From positions 75,364 through 139,363 of the forward strand of contig CAZMAW010000002.1 in the NCBI GenBank assembly GCA_964564495.1: a stretch of 64,000 nt of DNA, written 5' to 3'. The position numbers and the translations under genes are program-made. Under the pieces are notes generated by a model. That model worked only from the letters and a program-made list of their open reading frames with translations, was not told the DNA's origin and searched no databases. Positions 9,183 to 18,657 of the stretch are shown in pieces. Origin of the DNA: an uncultured Candidatus Nemicrothrix sp. (GTDB lineage: Bacteria > Actinomycetota > Acidimicrobiia > Acidimicrobiales > UBA8592). Each line of letters begins with the position of its first letter. Position 1 is the stretch's first letter.

Positions 9183-10382
9183 ATGAAGATTGAGCTTACT
9201 GACTGGTTGAGTGTCAAGGAGGCCTTTCGGTCGAAACACCTCCGGCAAGCGGGTTATACAGAAGGTGCAATTGTCATGGAAGGGACTCTTCTTGATCTGC
9301 ATGGGTTGGAGCATCGTGAACGACGCCGGTTAGAGAACCGGTTGTTTAGGCGAGAAATATTCAGCTATTGGGAACATCAGGTTCTAGGGAGGACGATTGA
9401 TGCGACCATACGGCCATTTGTGGAAAAGAGAAGGGGTGACCTTGCACAAATTGGATATCGATGTGCAATGAACTTGACGGCGACGATCGCAGGAATAGAC
9501 CAAGATCCCCGGAATGAGACTGAAACAGAGTTGCTGTACTCAAAGGTGAAAAAGTTTAGTGAGGGAGCAACCATAATGCATTCGACTCGAGACAAAGATG
9601 AAGTACGGTCTGAAGTAAAGGAAGCAATGACTTCGTTTCACAATGACTTTTACATACCATCGAAGACTCGACGTGAGGATGTTCTCTCAGATTTTATAGA
9701 TGGCAAAATATCTGAAGAAGAGTTGCCACGAGATGTTCTCACCACGCTTTTACGTAATGCCGAGGTGCTGATGCTTGACGACGATGTCGTTTTTCGCGAG
9801 ATCTGTTTTTACCTGCAAGCTGGCGCTCATTCAACTGCTAATGCTTTTACCCACACAGTCGATGATTTGTTTTCTTGGGGAGAAAAACATCCAAATGATT
9901 TAGATCTCGCTAGGAAAGACCTCTCGTTTGTTCAGAGATGTATGCACGAGTCTCTTCGGCTAAGTCCTGCAAGCCCCGTTGCCCTCCGTACACCTCTTGA
10001 GGACGTTGAATTATCAGACGGGACATTGTTGCCCCAGGGGGCGCATGTGGTTCTGAATTTGATCGAAGCAAATAGAGATCCATTAATTTTTGGTAGTTCA
10101 GCTGATGTTTTTGACCCGCATCGTAATGTACCTGATGGGGTTGCACGCTGGGGTATGAGTTTTGGTGCTGGGTCGCATGCTTGCGTCGGTGCAGAACTTG
10201 ATGGAGGTCTAGAAGTAGATCATGAACGACCTAATGAAGAAGCTTTATATGGAACTGTAGCGATCATGGTGCATGCTTTGCTCTCCGCAGGAGGGGCGAA
10301 AGATCCACACAATCCGCCCGTATTGGATCCTAATTCAGAAAGGAAACACTTCAGTAGTTATCCAGTCCAGTTTCTAAGTTGA
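9183..10382 (+). CDS. divergent cytochrome P450 (I-helix AGAHST)
   Basis: HRERRRL, HESLR, FGAGSHACVG; ATG 9183 (alternative TTG 9159). Confidence 0.88.
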   Translation: MKIELTDWLSVKEAFRSKHLRQAGYTEGAIVMEGTLLDLHGLEHRERRRLENRLFRREIFSYWEHQVLGRTIDATIRPFVEKRRGDLAQIGYRCAMNLTATIAGIDQDPRNETETELLYSKVKKFSEGATIMHSTRDKDEVRSEVKEAMTSFHNDFYIPSKTRREDVLSDFIDGKISEEELPRDVLTTLLRNAEVLMLDDDVVFREICFYLQAGAHSTANAFTHTVDDLFSWGEKHPNDLDLARKDLSFVQRCMHESLRLSPASPVALRTPLEDVELSDGTLLPQGAHVVLNLIEANRDPLIFGSSADVFDPHRNVPDGVARWGMSFGAGSHACVGAELDGGLEVDHERPNEEALYGTVAIMVHALLSAGGAKDPHNPPVLDPNSERKHFSSYPVQFLS

Positions 10383-10431
10383 CAAACAATAGAGGTTTTA
10401 AGAAGCTAAAAGATAAAGAAGAGGGAAGTAG

Positions 10432-11634
10432 ATGGCAGAAATCCTAATAACAAAACCCGATGATGCTCGTGAGTGCTATCGACATAAAAGCCTCAAGCAA
10501 GCCCTTTACGATGATGGTGAAGTAGTTATGGGAGATGCGATTATCAATTTACACGCAGACGAGCATCGTCAGAGAAGAAGACTAGAAAACCGCCTATTTC
10601 GCCGGGATACTTTCTTTGCCTACGAAAGAGAATTATTCCCATCCATTATTGAAGAGACTGTCCGCCCCTATCTAGATGAAGGGAGAGCTGAACTGGTTGA
10701 TTTCGGACACCAGCTGATGATGAATCTTGCTGCGGCAACTGCTGGCGTCGACCGACCTGACGGTACCGCTGAAGAAACATTTCGACTCTACGCATACATG
10801 ATGAATTTTATAGAGGCTGCGACCTTGGGTTTTTTCACCGGTGACAAAGACGCTAAACGACAGGAAATACAGGAAGCCATGGAAGCTTTCGATGCAGAAT
10901 TTCTAGAAGACGGGATTGCCCGTCGGAAAGGGTTGCTAGCGAACTTCGAAGCAGGAGAAATTGAGGAGGCAGATCTTCCGAAAGACGTTTTGATGGTTTT
11001 GTTGCGAAATCAAGACAAGATACCAATGAATAGGGAATCTTTAAGGCGCGAGATAGCCTTTTATCTTCTCGCTGGTGCCCACACCTCTGCAACAGCGTTT
11101 AATAGGGTCATTCACAATATTTTTAAATGGATAGAAGAACATCCAGAAGATATTGATCGTGCATATAACGATCGCTTGTTTCTTCAGCGATCTACACATG
11201 AAAGCATCCGACTGCAACCATCTTCCCCAACTGCTGCCCGTTGGGCTTTGGAAGATATAGATCTTAAATCAGGTATAAAAATAAGGGAGGGGGACCGTGT
11301 CGTGATTGACTTAGAGGCTGTGAACAGAGATAAGGAATTGTTTGGCGAAGATGCCGAAAAATTCAATCCTGATCGGGAATTACCAGATGGCGTAGCTCCT
11401 TGGGGTCTAAGTTTCGGCCAAGGAATGCATGCATGTATTGGACAGGACTTAGCAGTGGGGTTGGCCTTCTCCCCAGATAAAATTGTTGAAGACCATTTGT
11501 TTGGTTTAGTGCCAGTAGCGGTACAGACGATGTTCCTTAATGGCTGTCAGCCTGATCCCGAAAATCCACCGGAGATGGACGATTCAACGACAAGGCCTTA
11601 TTTTGGAAAGTACCCTGTCATTTTCGTAAGTTAA
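10432..11634 (+). CDS. divergent cytochrome P450 (I-helix AGAHTS), paralogue of 9183
   Basis: HRQRRRLENRLFRR shared with the neighbour, HESIR, FGQGMHACIG. Confidence 0.88.
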   Translation: MAEILITKPDDARECYRHKSLKQALYDDGEVVMGDAIINLHADEHRQRRRLENRLFRRDTFFAYERELFPSIIEETVRPYLDEGRAELVDFGHQLMMNLAAATAGVDRPDGTAEETFRLYAYMMNFIEAATLGFFTGDKDAKRQEIQEAMEAFDAEFLEDGIARRKGLLANFEAGEIEEADLPKDVLMVLLRNQDKIPMNRESLRREIAFYLLAGAHTSATAFNRVIHNIFKWIEEHPEDIDRAYNDRLFLQRSTHESIRLQPSSPTAARWALEDIDLKSGIKIREGDRVVIDLEAVNRDKELFGEDAEKFNPDRELPDGVAPWGLSFGQGMHACIGQDLAVGLAFSPDKIVEDHLFGLVPVAVQTMFLNGCQPDPENPPEMDDSTTRPYFGKYPVIFVS

Positions 11635-11659
11635 AGTAACCCTTGACTGGATTGGGCAG

Positions 11660-12844
11660 ATGAGAATTTCACAGATAGCGAAAATGTTAGCCACGAATCG
11701 ACGCGGTATTGACGCGCTTCACACCGTAGAAGATGCTAGAAAAATTTCAAAACGTAAACTTCCAAAAATGGTTTGGGATTTCATCGATGGTGGCGCTGAC
11801 GGAGAACTTGCCGTTGCTGCGAACCGACGCTCGCTTGATGAGATTTACTTACGCCCGAGATTCCTAACGGATGTTTCTAGACGTGATATATCAACAAACA
11901 TCTTTGGAGAACGAGCTGCCATTCCGTTTATTCTCTCGCCTGCTGGGATGGCGACCATCGCTCATCCACAAGGAGAATTAGCAGTAGCAAAAGCAGCTAG
12001 TAGCACAGGCGCAATCTTTTGCGTGAGTACCGCATCAGGTTACACCCTCGAGGAAATAGCGGAAGTTTCAAGTGGGAGACTTTGGTTCCAGTTGTATTTG
12101 TGGGGAAATGAAGAAGTAGTGGATTCGCTGATCAAAAGGGCACAAAAATTAGGTTATGAGGCGCTCGTGGTTACTGTCGATGTCCCAGTCGTAGGCAAGC
12201 GTGAACGTGATTTAACAAATGGGATGTCCCTACCAGTACGTATCCGGCCGAAGAATGCATTCAACACTCTTCGGAAGCCGAAATGGCTGTTCGGTCTTAT
12301 GAACGGCCCCGATATAACGTTCGCGAATCTTGTTGGAGTTGCAGATGGAGACGATGCAAGTTCGATTGGCGAATATACCGATCGTGAATTGGTCGACCAA
12401 ACCAGAACCTGGGATGACTTGGAACTAATTCGGAAACGTTGGAAGGGCCCTCTGCTTGTGAAGGGAATAATGACGCCCGAGGATGCAATACACGCGGTCG
12501 ACGCAGGTGCTGATGGTGTTATCGTTTCGAATCACGGAGGAAGGCAGATGAGTTTCGTCCCCGGTGTAGCGACTGTATTTAGAGACGTTGTTGATGCTGT
12601 AGGCCATCGAGCAGAAATATTTTTGGATGGGGGAGTCCGTCGCGGCGAAGACATCGTGAAAGCCCGCGCCTTAGGGGCGACAGCTGCTTGTGGAGGCCGA
12701 GCATGGTACTGGGGGCTTGCCGCAGGCGGCCAGCAGGGAGTGGAAAAAGTACTTTCAATTTTAGCAAGCGACATTGATAGAACGCTTGCATTATTGGGTC
12801 AAGAAAAATTCGAAAGAATCAACTCGAACTGTCTATACAACTAA
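11660..12844 (+). CDS. FMN-dependent alpha-hydroxy-acid dehydrogenase/oxidase
   Basis: FIDGGA, WFQLY, TVDVP, KG, SNHGGRQ, DGGVRRG. Confidence 0.92.
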   Translation: MRISQIAKMLATNRRGIDALHTVEDARKISKRKLPKMVWDFIDGGADGELAVAANRRSLDEIYLRPRFLTDVSRRDISTNIFGERAAIPFILSPAGMATIAHPQGELAVAKAASSTGAIFCVSTASGYTLEEIAEVSSGRLWFQLYLWGNEEVVDSLIKRAQKLGYEALVVTVDVPVVGKRERDLTNGMSLPVRIRPKNAFNTLRKPKWLFGLMNGPDITFANLVGVADGDDASSIGEYTDRELVDQTRTWDDLELIRKRWKGPLLVKGIMTPEDAIHAVDAGADGVIVSNHGGRQMSFVPGVATVFRDVVDAVGHRAEIFLDGGVRRGEDIVKARALGATAACGGRAWYWGLAAGGQQGVEKVLSILASDIDRTLALLGQEKFERINSNCLYN

Positions 12845-12884
12845 ACCGGAACGTCATTGATTTAGCGGAGACGAAAGGAGTGGT

Positions 12885-13595
12885 TCACTGTCCTAGATAA
12901 GCGGGTTGGAGCTTCGTGGGGTCATCTCGGTAATCTTCTGAATTTCCCTCTAAGGCTAGATCCCCATTTCTAATCACATAGAATCGCGAACAATGTGCGA
13001 GCGCCATGCCCGCGTTCTGTTCAACAAGGAGCAACGAAACCTCGCTGCTAAAGAGAGAGTCAAGTGTTTGATAAATTTCTTTTACTAACAATGGCGCTAA
13101 ACCTAGAGACATCTCATCAATTAGCAAAAATTTTGGTTTCGCAATAATAGCGCGGGCAAGTGAGAGCATTTGCTGTTGCCCTCCGCTCAAGAGACCTGCT
13201 GGCTGCTTGCGCCGCTCTTCTAGTATAGGAAAAGCATTGTATGCAGCCTTGAGGCCTTCACTTAGACGTTCGAGGCCTTGGCGATAACCCGCAATTTTCA
13301 AGTTGTCCTCTACGTTAAGTGCAGGAAATACCCTCCTACCTTCAGGTACATGGACGACTCCAAGATTGACAATATCAGCTGGCGAAGCCCCACCGATATC
13401 CTCTCCATCGAACTGGATGGAGCCTTCTGTTGGTGTGAGCAGCCCTGAAATGGTTTTAAGCACGGTAGATTTTCCAGCCCCATTGGCTCCAAGAAGGGCA
13501 ACGCGTTCGCCAGAGTCAACATGTAGATTCAATCCATGGATGACTTCATTTTTTTTATATCCTACTTTGAGGTTCGAAATAGTAAGTTGGCTCAT
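12885..13595 (-). CDS. Liv-type ABC transporter ATP-binding subunit (LivF-like)
   Basis: GANGAGKS, LSGGQQQ, LLIDE. Confidence 0.92.
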   Translation of the reverse strand: MSQLTISNLKVGYKKNEVIHGLNLHVDSGERVALLGANGAGKSTVLKTISGLLTPTEGSIQFDGEDIGGASPADIVNLGVVHVPEGRRVFPALNVEDNLKIAGYRQGLERLSEGLKAAYNAFPILEERRKQPAGLLSGGQQQMLSLARAIIAKPKFLLIDEMSLGLAPLLVKEIYQTLDSLFSSEVSLLLVEQNAGMALAHCSRFYVIRNGDLALEGNSEDYRDDPTKLQPAYLGQ

Positions 13596-13596
13596 T

Positions 13597-15495
13597 CTAC
13601 GTTCCTAGGTAAGCGGCGATAACGTCTTCATTTTTCATAACAGATTGAGCGGTTCCGTCAGCTAGTATTTTTCCGGCATCCATAACTATCACTCGTTCAC
13701 AAACGTCTGCGACAAGTTCAACATTATGTTCGATGACGATCACACCGCATCCAATATGTTTGGCATATTCGATAACATTTTGCATCATTTCTAAAGCTTC
13801 GGCTGTTGGTAGGCCCGCAGCGGGTTCATCTAAAAGTAGAATAGATGGATTGGTGGCTAGTCCTCTGGCGACGTCTACGCGTTTTTGGAGACCATAGGGG
13901 AGGTCGTCAACTTTTTCGTTCCAGTATTCTAATAGTTCCATGTGATCAAGTAGTTCAGCTGATTGCTCGTAGCCTTTACGTTCGTTTCGAACCACATGAG
14001 GAAGTCGGAAAGCCTCTGAGACTCTTCCATAATGCATTTCTCTATCGAGTCCGATGAGGGCATGGTCGAGAACCCGGATGTCTCCATGTAGATTTAAGTT
14101 TTGAAAAGTTCGTCCAAGTCCGGCAAGAGATCGGGCGAAGATTGGTTTATTTGACAATTCAACACCGTCGAGCGTAAATATTCCTTCGCCGTTCTTTGCA
14201 TGTCCAGTTATAGCATTAAATAATGTTGTTTTCCCTGCTCCATTAGATCCGATAACTCCGGTTACTTTTCCAGCCTCGACTTCAAAAGAAACGCCGTCAA
14301 CTGCTCGTACGCCGCCGAAGATCACTCTGGCATCCGCCACAGTTAGATGTCCTCGTTTTTCAGAACTTGCTAGTCCAGCTAGTGCAGAAGATTGTAACGG
14401 ACTTGTGGTTGTAGTAGTAGGTTCTATTTCTCCAGATATGCCTTTAGGCAAAAACCTCCCGACAGGAGTCTTTGCAAGTTGTGCGCCAATTATTCGAAGA
14501 AATGTTTCAATAAGTCCGATCAAGCCACGAGGGGAGAAGAGGGTAAGAAGAATAAGCGCGCCACCGTAGATAATGCCTTCGTACTCTTGGATATCTCGGA
14601 TAAGTTCCGGAAGGAATTTTACAAAAATAGCTCCCCCAACAGCTCCAGCGAGCCGATGACGCCCCCCAATAATAAGAGTGAGGATTAGAAGGATAGAGAG
14701 GTGTACGTTGAAGTTCTCTGGCCCTGCATACCTGAGGTTATGGATGTACAGAACTCCTGCTAAGCCACTGATAGCTCCGCTTATCCCAAATGCAAGAATT
14801 TTAAGCCATGCAACATTGATCCCAGCAGACCTAGCGGCAGTTTCGCTCGTCCGAAGGGCATTCATTGACCTGCCCGTTTTGCCATCAAGGATATTTCCGC
14901 ATATCCAAAAGGTGACCAACAAGATGATAAGGCTAAGGCGAATGTAGGGGGTTCCTCGACCTATCTCCCAACCAAAAAGGGTTAAATCACCAGCTGATTT
15001 TCCAGATCCGCCAGCGGTGAATTGTTTCCATTCATACAGGACTTGTTGGCCTACGTAAGCAATAGCAAACGTGGCTAAGGCTAGATAAAGTTCATTTACC
15101 CTTAGGCTTGGAAGGCCAACAATTAAACCAAGGACAAAACAAACAGCAAGCGCTATGGGGATCTCCACTTCCAGCCCTCGGCCCCATCCGTAACTATCAT
15201 TAGCAATATTGGCGGAGAGGAAAGCTCCTGCACCAAGGAAGATCGAATGCCCTAAAGTAAACTGCCCGGCGGCACCGAAAGCAATGACTAAGCTACCTCC
15301 AACAGCGGCAAACACAAGAATGAATCCAATAACGGTCGTGTATTGGTCGAATTGTGGAAGTAGGAGAAAAGTTAGCGCAAAGAAAAACGCTCCGAGTATG
15401 TGGTTCCGTTTGATATAGCCAGGTACAGGTATCCCAGCTCGTTGCATAGCTGATGCGGATGAAGAAGATGTTTGTTCATTATCGGTCATCGTCAT
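13597..15495 (-). CDS. fused Liv-type permease (LivM-like) plus ATPase (LivG-like)
   Basis: hydrophobic N-half (GQFTLGH, GRSMNALR); C-half GSNGAGKT, LPYGLQKR, LLLDEP. Confidence 0.9.
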   Translation of the reverse strand: MTMTDNEQTSSSSASAMQRAGIPVPGYIKRNHILGAFFFALTFLLLPQFDQYTTVIGFILVFAAVGGSLVIAFGAAGQFTLGHSIFLGAGAFLSANIANDSYGWGRGLEVEIPIALAVCFVLGLIVGLPSLRVNELYLALATFAIAYVGQQVLYEWKQFTAGGSGKSAGDLTLFGWEIGRGTPYIRLSLIILLVTFWICGNILDGKTGRSMNALRTSETAARSAGINVAWLKILAFGISGAISGLAGVLYIHNLRYAGPENFNVHLSILLILTLIIGGRHRLAGAVGGAIFVKFLPELIRDIQEYEGIIYGGALILLTLFSPRGLIGLIETFLRIIGAQLAKTPVGRFLPKGISGEIEPTTTTTSPLQSSALAGLASSEKRGHLTVADARVIFGGVRAVDGVSFEVEAGKVTGVIGSNGAGKTTLFNAITGHAKNGEGIFTLDGVELSNKPIFARSLAGLGRTFQNLNLHGDIRVLDHALIGLDREMHYGRVSEAFRLPHVVRNERKGYEQSAELLDHMELLEYWNEKVDDLPYGLQKRVDVARGLATNPSILLLDEPAAGLPTAEALEMMQNVIEYAKHIGCGVIVIEHNVELVADVCERVIVMDAGKILADGTAQSVMKNEDVIAAYLGT

Positions 15496-16376
15496 ACTCG
15501 CTCATGTGCTTTGGCTCGGGTGAAGAGACCGCGTGGGCGAATAAGGAGAATGAAAAATACGATGATAACTGGTAAAGCTGCAGCTGCTTGGCGGGGAGCA
15601 TATTTTACCGCTAGTGCTTCAAGTTCTCCGAGGAGAAGACCTCCGAATACTCCACCACTTAAGCTGGTAAATCCACCTAGGATCGCAGCAACGAAACCTT
15701 TAATGAATGGAATATTCATATAATCTTGCTGGAGGAATAGTACAGGGGCAAACAGGATTCCGGTTAAACCACCAACCGTGACCGATAGGGTCCATGTCCA
15801 CTGAGAAACAGTGGATTCTTTTATACCCATAAGGCGAGCAGCATCCTTATCTTCAGCAAATGCTCTCATGGCAAGCCCAAGTTCTGTTCTGTTAACAATA
15901 TATCCTACGATCGCGAGGATTATGAAGGTAGCAATAACGATGACAATGTGCCACCAGTTGAATCGGACTCCGCCGATTTCAAAATTTTTAAATTGAATGT
16001 CGCCAGGAATTCGAAGGCTTTCCGCTCGCCCCCCAAACATCCGTATGGAAACATTCGCAATTAAGAATTCAAGGCCCAGCGTAATAGTGACGATTGACAA
16101 AAAATTCTCGTTTATCAATGGTCGTATGGTCAACCGTTCAATTAATAATGTTGCAACAGCGACCATGACTATTGCAACCAAGATTGCTAGGAGAAATGGG
16201 ATTCCTTGCTTTGTAGCCCACCACCAAGCAAACCAACCTGTAAAGCCAGCCATAGTACCGGCAGCAAAATTTAGAATACGGGCAGTTTTAAATATAAGAA
16301 CTAGTGATAGGCCGATCAGTGCGTAACAAAGGCCATTCAGTATGCCAGACCAAAGTAGTTGAATAAACTCCGCCAT
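15492..16376 (-). CDS. Liv-type ABC permease (LivH-like)
   Basis: YALIGLSLVLIF, LNFAAG, GLAMRA, AAILGG. Confidence 0.92.
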   Translation of the reverse strand: MAEFIQLLWSGILNGLCYALIGLSLVLIFKTARILNFAAGTMAGFTGWFAWWWATKQGIPFLLAILVAIVMVAVATLLIERLTIRPLINENFLSIVTITLGLEFLIANVSIRMFGGRAESLRIPGDIQFKNFEIGGVRFNWWHIVIVIATFIILAIVGYIVNRTELGLAMRAFAEDKDAARLMGIKESTVSQWTWTLSVTVGGLTGILFAPVLFLQQDYMNIPFIKGFVAAILGGFTSLSGGVFGGLLLGELEALAVKYAPRQAAAALPVIIVFFILLIRPRGLFTRAKAHERV

Positions 16377-16403
16377 AGCTTTAGATTCTCATTCCTTATA
16401 GTA

Positions 16404-16456
16404 AAAGACATGCCCTTGCTGAGGAAGTACCCCAGCAAGGGCATTGTTATGTCTTT
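16404..16456. terminator. strong stem-loop between the binding-protein and permease genes (terminator or mRNA-stabilising element)
   Basis: perfect 12-bp inverted repeat ATGCCCTTGCTG 16410-16421 / CAGCAAGGGCAT 16433-16444, with outer AAAGACA / TGTCTTT arms. Confidence 0.7.
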
Positions 16457-16463
16457 AGTAGTT

Positions 16464-17735
16464 TTAACCTTCGTCTACGGTCGTCCACGCACCGTCAACA
16501 ACCTGTTGGATGATAGCACCCTGATTGCCTAGGCCGGTCGCCGGGTCGAAGTTAATTGGAGCCATAATGCCACCAGTGCTGAAGTCCTCAAGTGCGAGGA
16601 TTGCATCAGCTAGTGCATCAGCATTAAGGCACTGACCAACGTCTCTAAGTGCTTGTTCAAGAACAAGCCCACCTGCGTATGCAAGCATGCTTGCAGAACT
16701 TAGATCAGCATCAGATGCTCCTGCTGCAGCCATTTCCGTACGGAATTGGTCAAGTCCAGGTACATCAGCATTGAGACCAGTCATGACGGTTACGGCAAGT
16801 GCGCCTTCAGCTAGCGGGCCGACAAGGTCGATCAAGTTGGAGGTAACAACAGCGTTGGTTCCCCAAACTCTTGCCTCAAGTCCGACCTGATCCATTTCTT
16901 GGATGATCTGGGCGAATTGAGTGTCACCGACAACAGTGTAAATATCAGTAACTCCTGCATCTTTCATCGCTAGTAGCTGCGGCTGATATGTCGTCGCGTC
17001 ACGTTCCCAGGTTTGGGTTCCGCCTTCAAACTGACCAGCTGCACCATCGCGAACACCTTGTGCTGCTTCTTCACCGTCTGGTGAGCTAAGCACAAGTCCA
17101 GCAACTACTGGTGTTTCTGAACCGTAGTCGTATTTGTTTCCGAAGTAGTTAGAGAACGCTACTGCTTGCTTGTAACCGGATGGGTTAAGTGAGAAGAAGT
17201 ATGGGTGAGCTTCTCTATCAAACAGTGATGTATCTTGGGACCATGTAAACAGGGTCATAATTCCTGCTTCATCGTGCAACGGAATAGCTGCGACTGTTGG
17301 AGCTGAACCGATGCTTCCCCAGACGCCAAATACTCCGACTTGGTCAATGAAGTACTGAGCATTCGTTACTGTCTTTTCTGGGTTGAACTCATCATCTTGC
17401 ACAGTTAGTGAGATCGTTCTCCCTGCTATTCCACCACCATCATTAATTCGATTGACGGTTGCGTTAAGCGCGAATTCTGCTTGCACGCCCAGTGCCGCTA
17501 AGTTGCCTGTCAATGGTTGCGAAGAACCAAGTTTGATCTCAGTGTCAGAAACACCAGGACCGATCTCGCATTCTTCTGCAGTTTCTTCAGCAGCAGCTTC
17601 TTCGGAACTACTTGATTCTGAGCTGCTTGATTCTGAACTACTTGAACTACTACTGTCATCATCATCACCACAACCAACAGCGATAAAGCTAAAGACAGCT
17701 AGCAGAGCTAGTAACTTAAGTGCGTTTTTACGCAT
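16464..17735 (-). CDS. ABC substrate-binding lipoprotein (LivJ/Peripla_BP_6-like)
   Basis: signal peptide ending AVGC lipobox, D/S/E-rich linker, GGIAGRTI, DDEFNP. Confidence 0.9.
   Translation of the reverse strand: MRKNALKLLALLAVFSFIAVGCGDDDDSSSSSSSESSSSESSSSEEAAAEETAEECEIGPGVSDTEIKLGSSQPLTGNLAALGVQAEFALNATVNRINDGGGIAGRTISLTVQDDEFNPEKTVTNAQYFIDQVGVFGVWGSIGSAPTVAAIPLHDEAGIMTLFTWSQDTSLFDREAHPYFFSLNPSGYKQAVAFSNYFGNKYDYGSETPVVAGLVLSSPDGEEAAQGVRDGAAGQFEGGTQTWERDATTYQPQLLAMKDAGVTDIYTVVGDTQFAQIIQEMDQVGLEARVWGTNAVVTSNLIDLVGPLAEGALAVTVMTGLNADVPGLDQFRTEMAAAGASDADLSSASMLAYAGGLVLEQALRDVGQCLNADALADAILALEDFSTGGIMAPINFDPATGLGNQGAIIQQVVDGAWTTVDEG
17605..17649. repeat. three imperfect 15-nt tandem units encoding the SSESS linker
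   Basis: gaactacttgattct / gagctgcttgattct / gaactacttgaacta. Confidence 0.7.
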
Positions 17736-17805
17736 ATACCCTCCAATTTTTCAGTGAATGTATCGGGTGGTAAATGTATTTCCGCTATCTTGCCCACCCA
17801 TCTTT

Positions 17806-17821
17806 AACCAACCAAATGGTT
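17806..17821. promoter_or_regulatory. operator-like palindrome AACC-N8-GGTT
   Basis: AACCAACCAAATGGTT upstream of the ABC operon; similar site at 20117-20132. Confidence 0.35.
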
Positions 17822-17918
17822 GATAAAGACGATCTAAGCATTTCACAGATATTGCAGTATCGCAAAATACTCAGTCGGAACTCTATGAAAAAGAGAGTCA
17901 TGTTTCGGTGGGAAGGGG

Positions 17919-18596
17919 TTAATCGCTTAGGTGAGCAGCGACTTGTCGCTTCATAAGTTCCCAGGTTTGCTCTAGGTATCCGGCTCTCGTGTCTACTAAC
18001 TCTCTTAGGTGGTCTCGCCATTCAACTGGAATCTCTGGTGGGTCTGAGGGTTCAAGTAAAACATCTAACCTTGCCATATCTTCAAACGTCGAATGTAAAG
18101 CAGTTGCTCGAGCGATAGTCGTTCCAACGGTAATGCAGCCATGCCAAGGAATGATGACTGTATTTGCGTTACCAATGACTGGCCCTATTGAGGCAAATGA
18201 ATCATCGGGGCTCAGAGCTTGGTCATTGTGAAAAAAACAAGCCAAATTAGCGCGTATTTTTAATGGCCGTGCTAACCCAGCCAAAGCCGTACCCCATGGG
18301 CCATGAGTATGGACTATCGAGTTGACGTCTTTACGCACCCTATATATTCCGGGGTGAAATTCATGGCCTACGCTGACCTCTCTGTTTCCTTCAATGACAT
18401 TCCCATCGAAGTCAATCAATAACACATCATCGATAGTTATTTCTGAAAGTGTTCGATCAAATACATTTATCCAAAGGGCTTCCTCTCCTGGGACCCTAAT
18501 CGAAACGTGTCCGCCTATGCCAGATCCGCATCCACGAAGGCCTAGTGCTTGACAGGCTATTACTATTTCTTCTTTAGTGTTCTGTGCATTGTTCAT
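17919..18596 (-). CDS. class II aldolase/adducin family protein
   Basis: GHVSIR, EFH, HTH, HG Zn-ligand pattern. Confidence 0.85.
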   Translation of the reverse strand: MNNAQNTKEEIVIACQALGLRGCGSGIGGHVSIRVPGEEALWINVFDRTLSEITIDDVLLIDFDGNVIEGNREVSVGHEFHPGIYRVRKDVNSIVHTHGPWGTALAGLARPLKIRANLACFFHNDQALSPDDSFASIGPVIGNANTVIIPWHGCITVGTTIARATALHSTFEDMARLDVLLEPSDPPEIPVEWRDHLRELVDTRAGYLEQTWELMKRQVAAHLSD

Positions 18597-18657
18597 TCTA
18601 TGAAGCTAAATGAAATGATTTCTTGAGTCCAGACCGATTAACAGTTTTTGTGTGGTG

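Noticed and set aside
11660-12844. Calling this mftD, i.e. a mycofactocin locus
   Set aside because: No mftA/B/C/E/F in the window; the family-level call is all that is supported
17605-17670. Short tandem repeats as a CRISPR or contingency locus
   Set aside because: In-frame 15-nt and 3-nt repeats encoding a low-complexity lipoprotein linker; no spacers or cas genes
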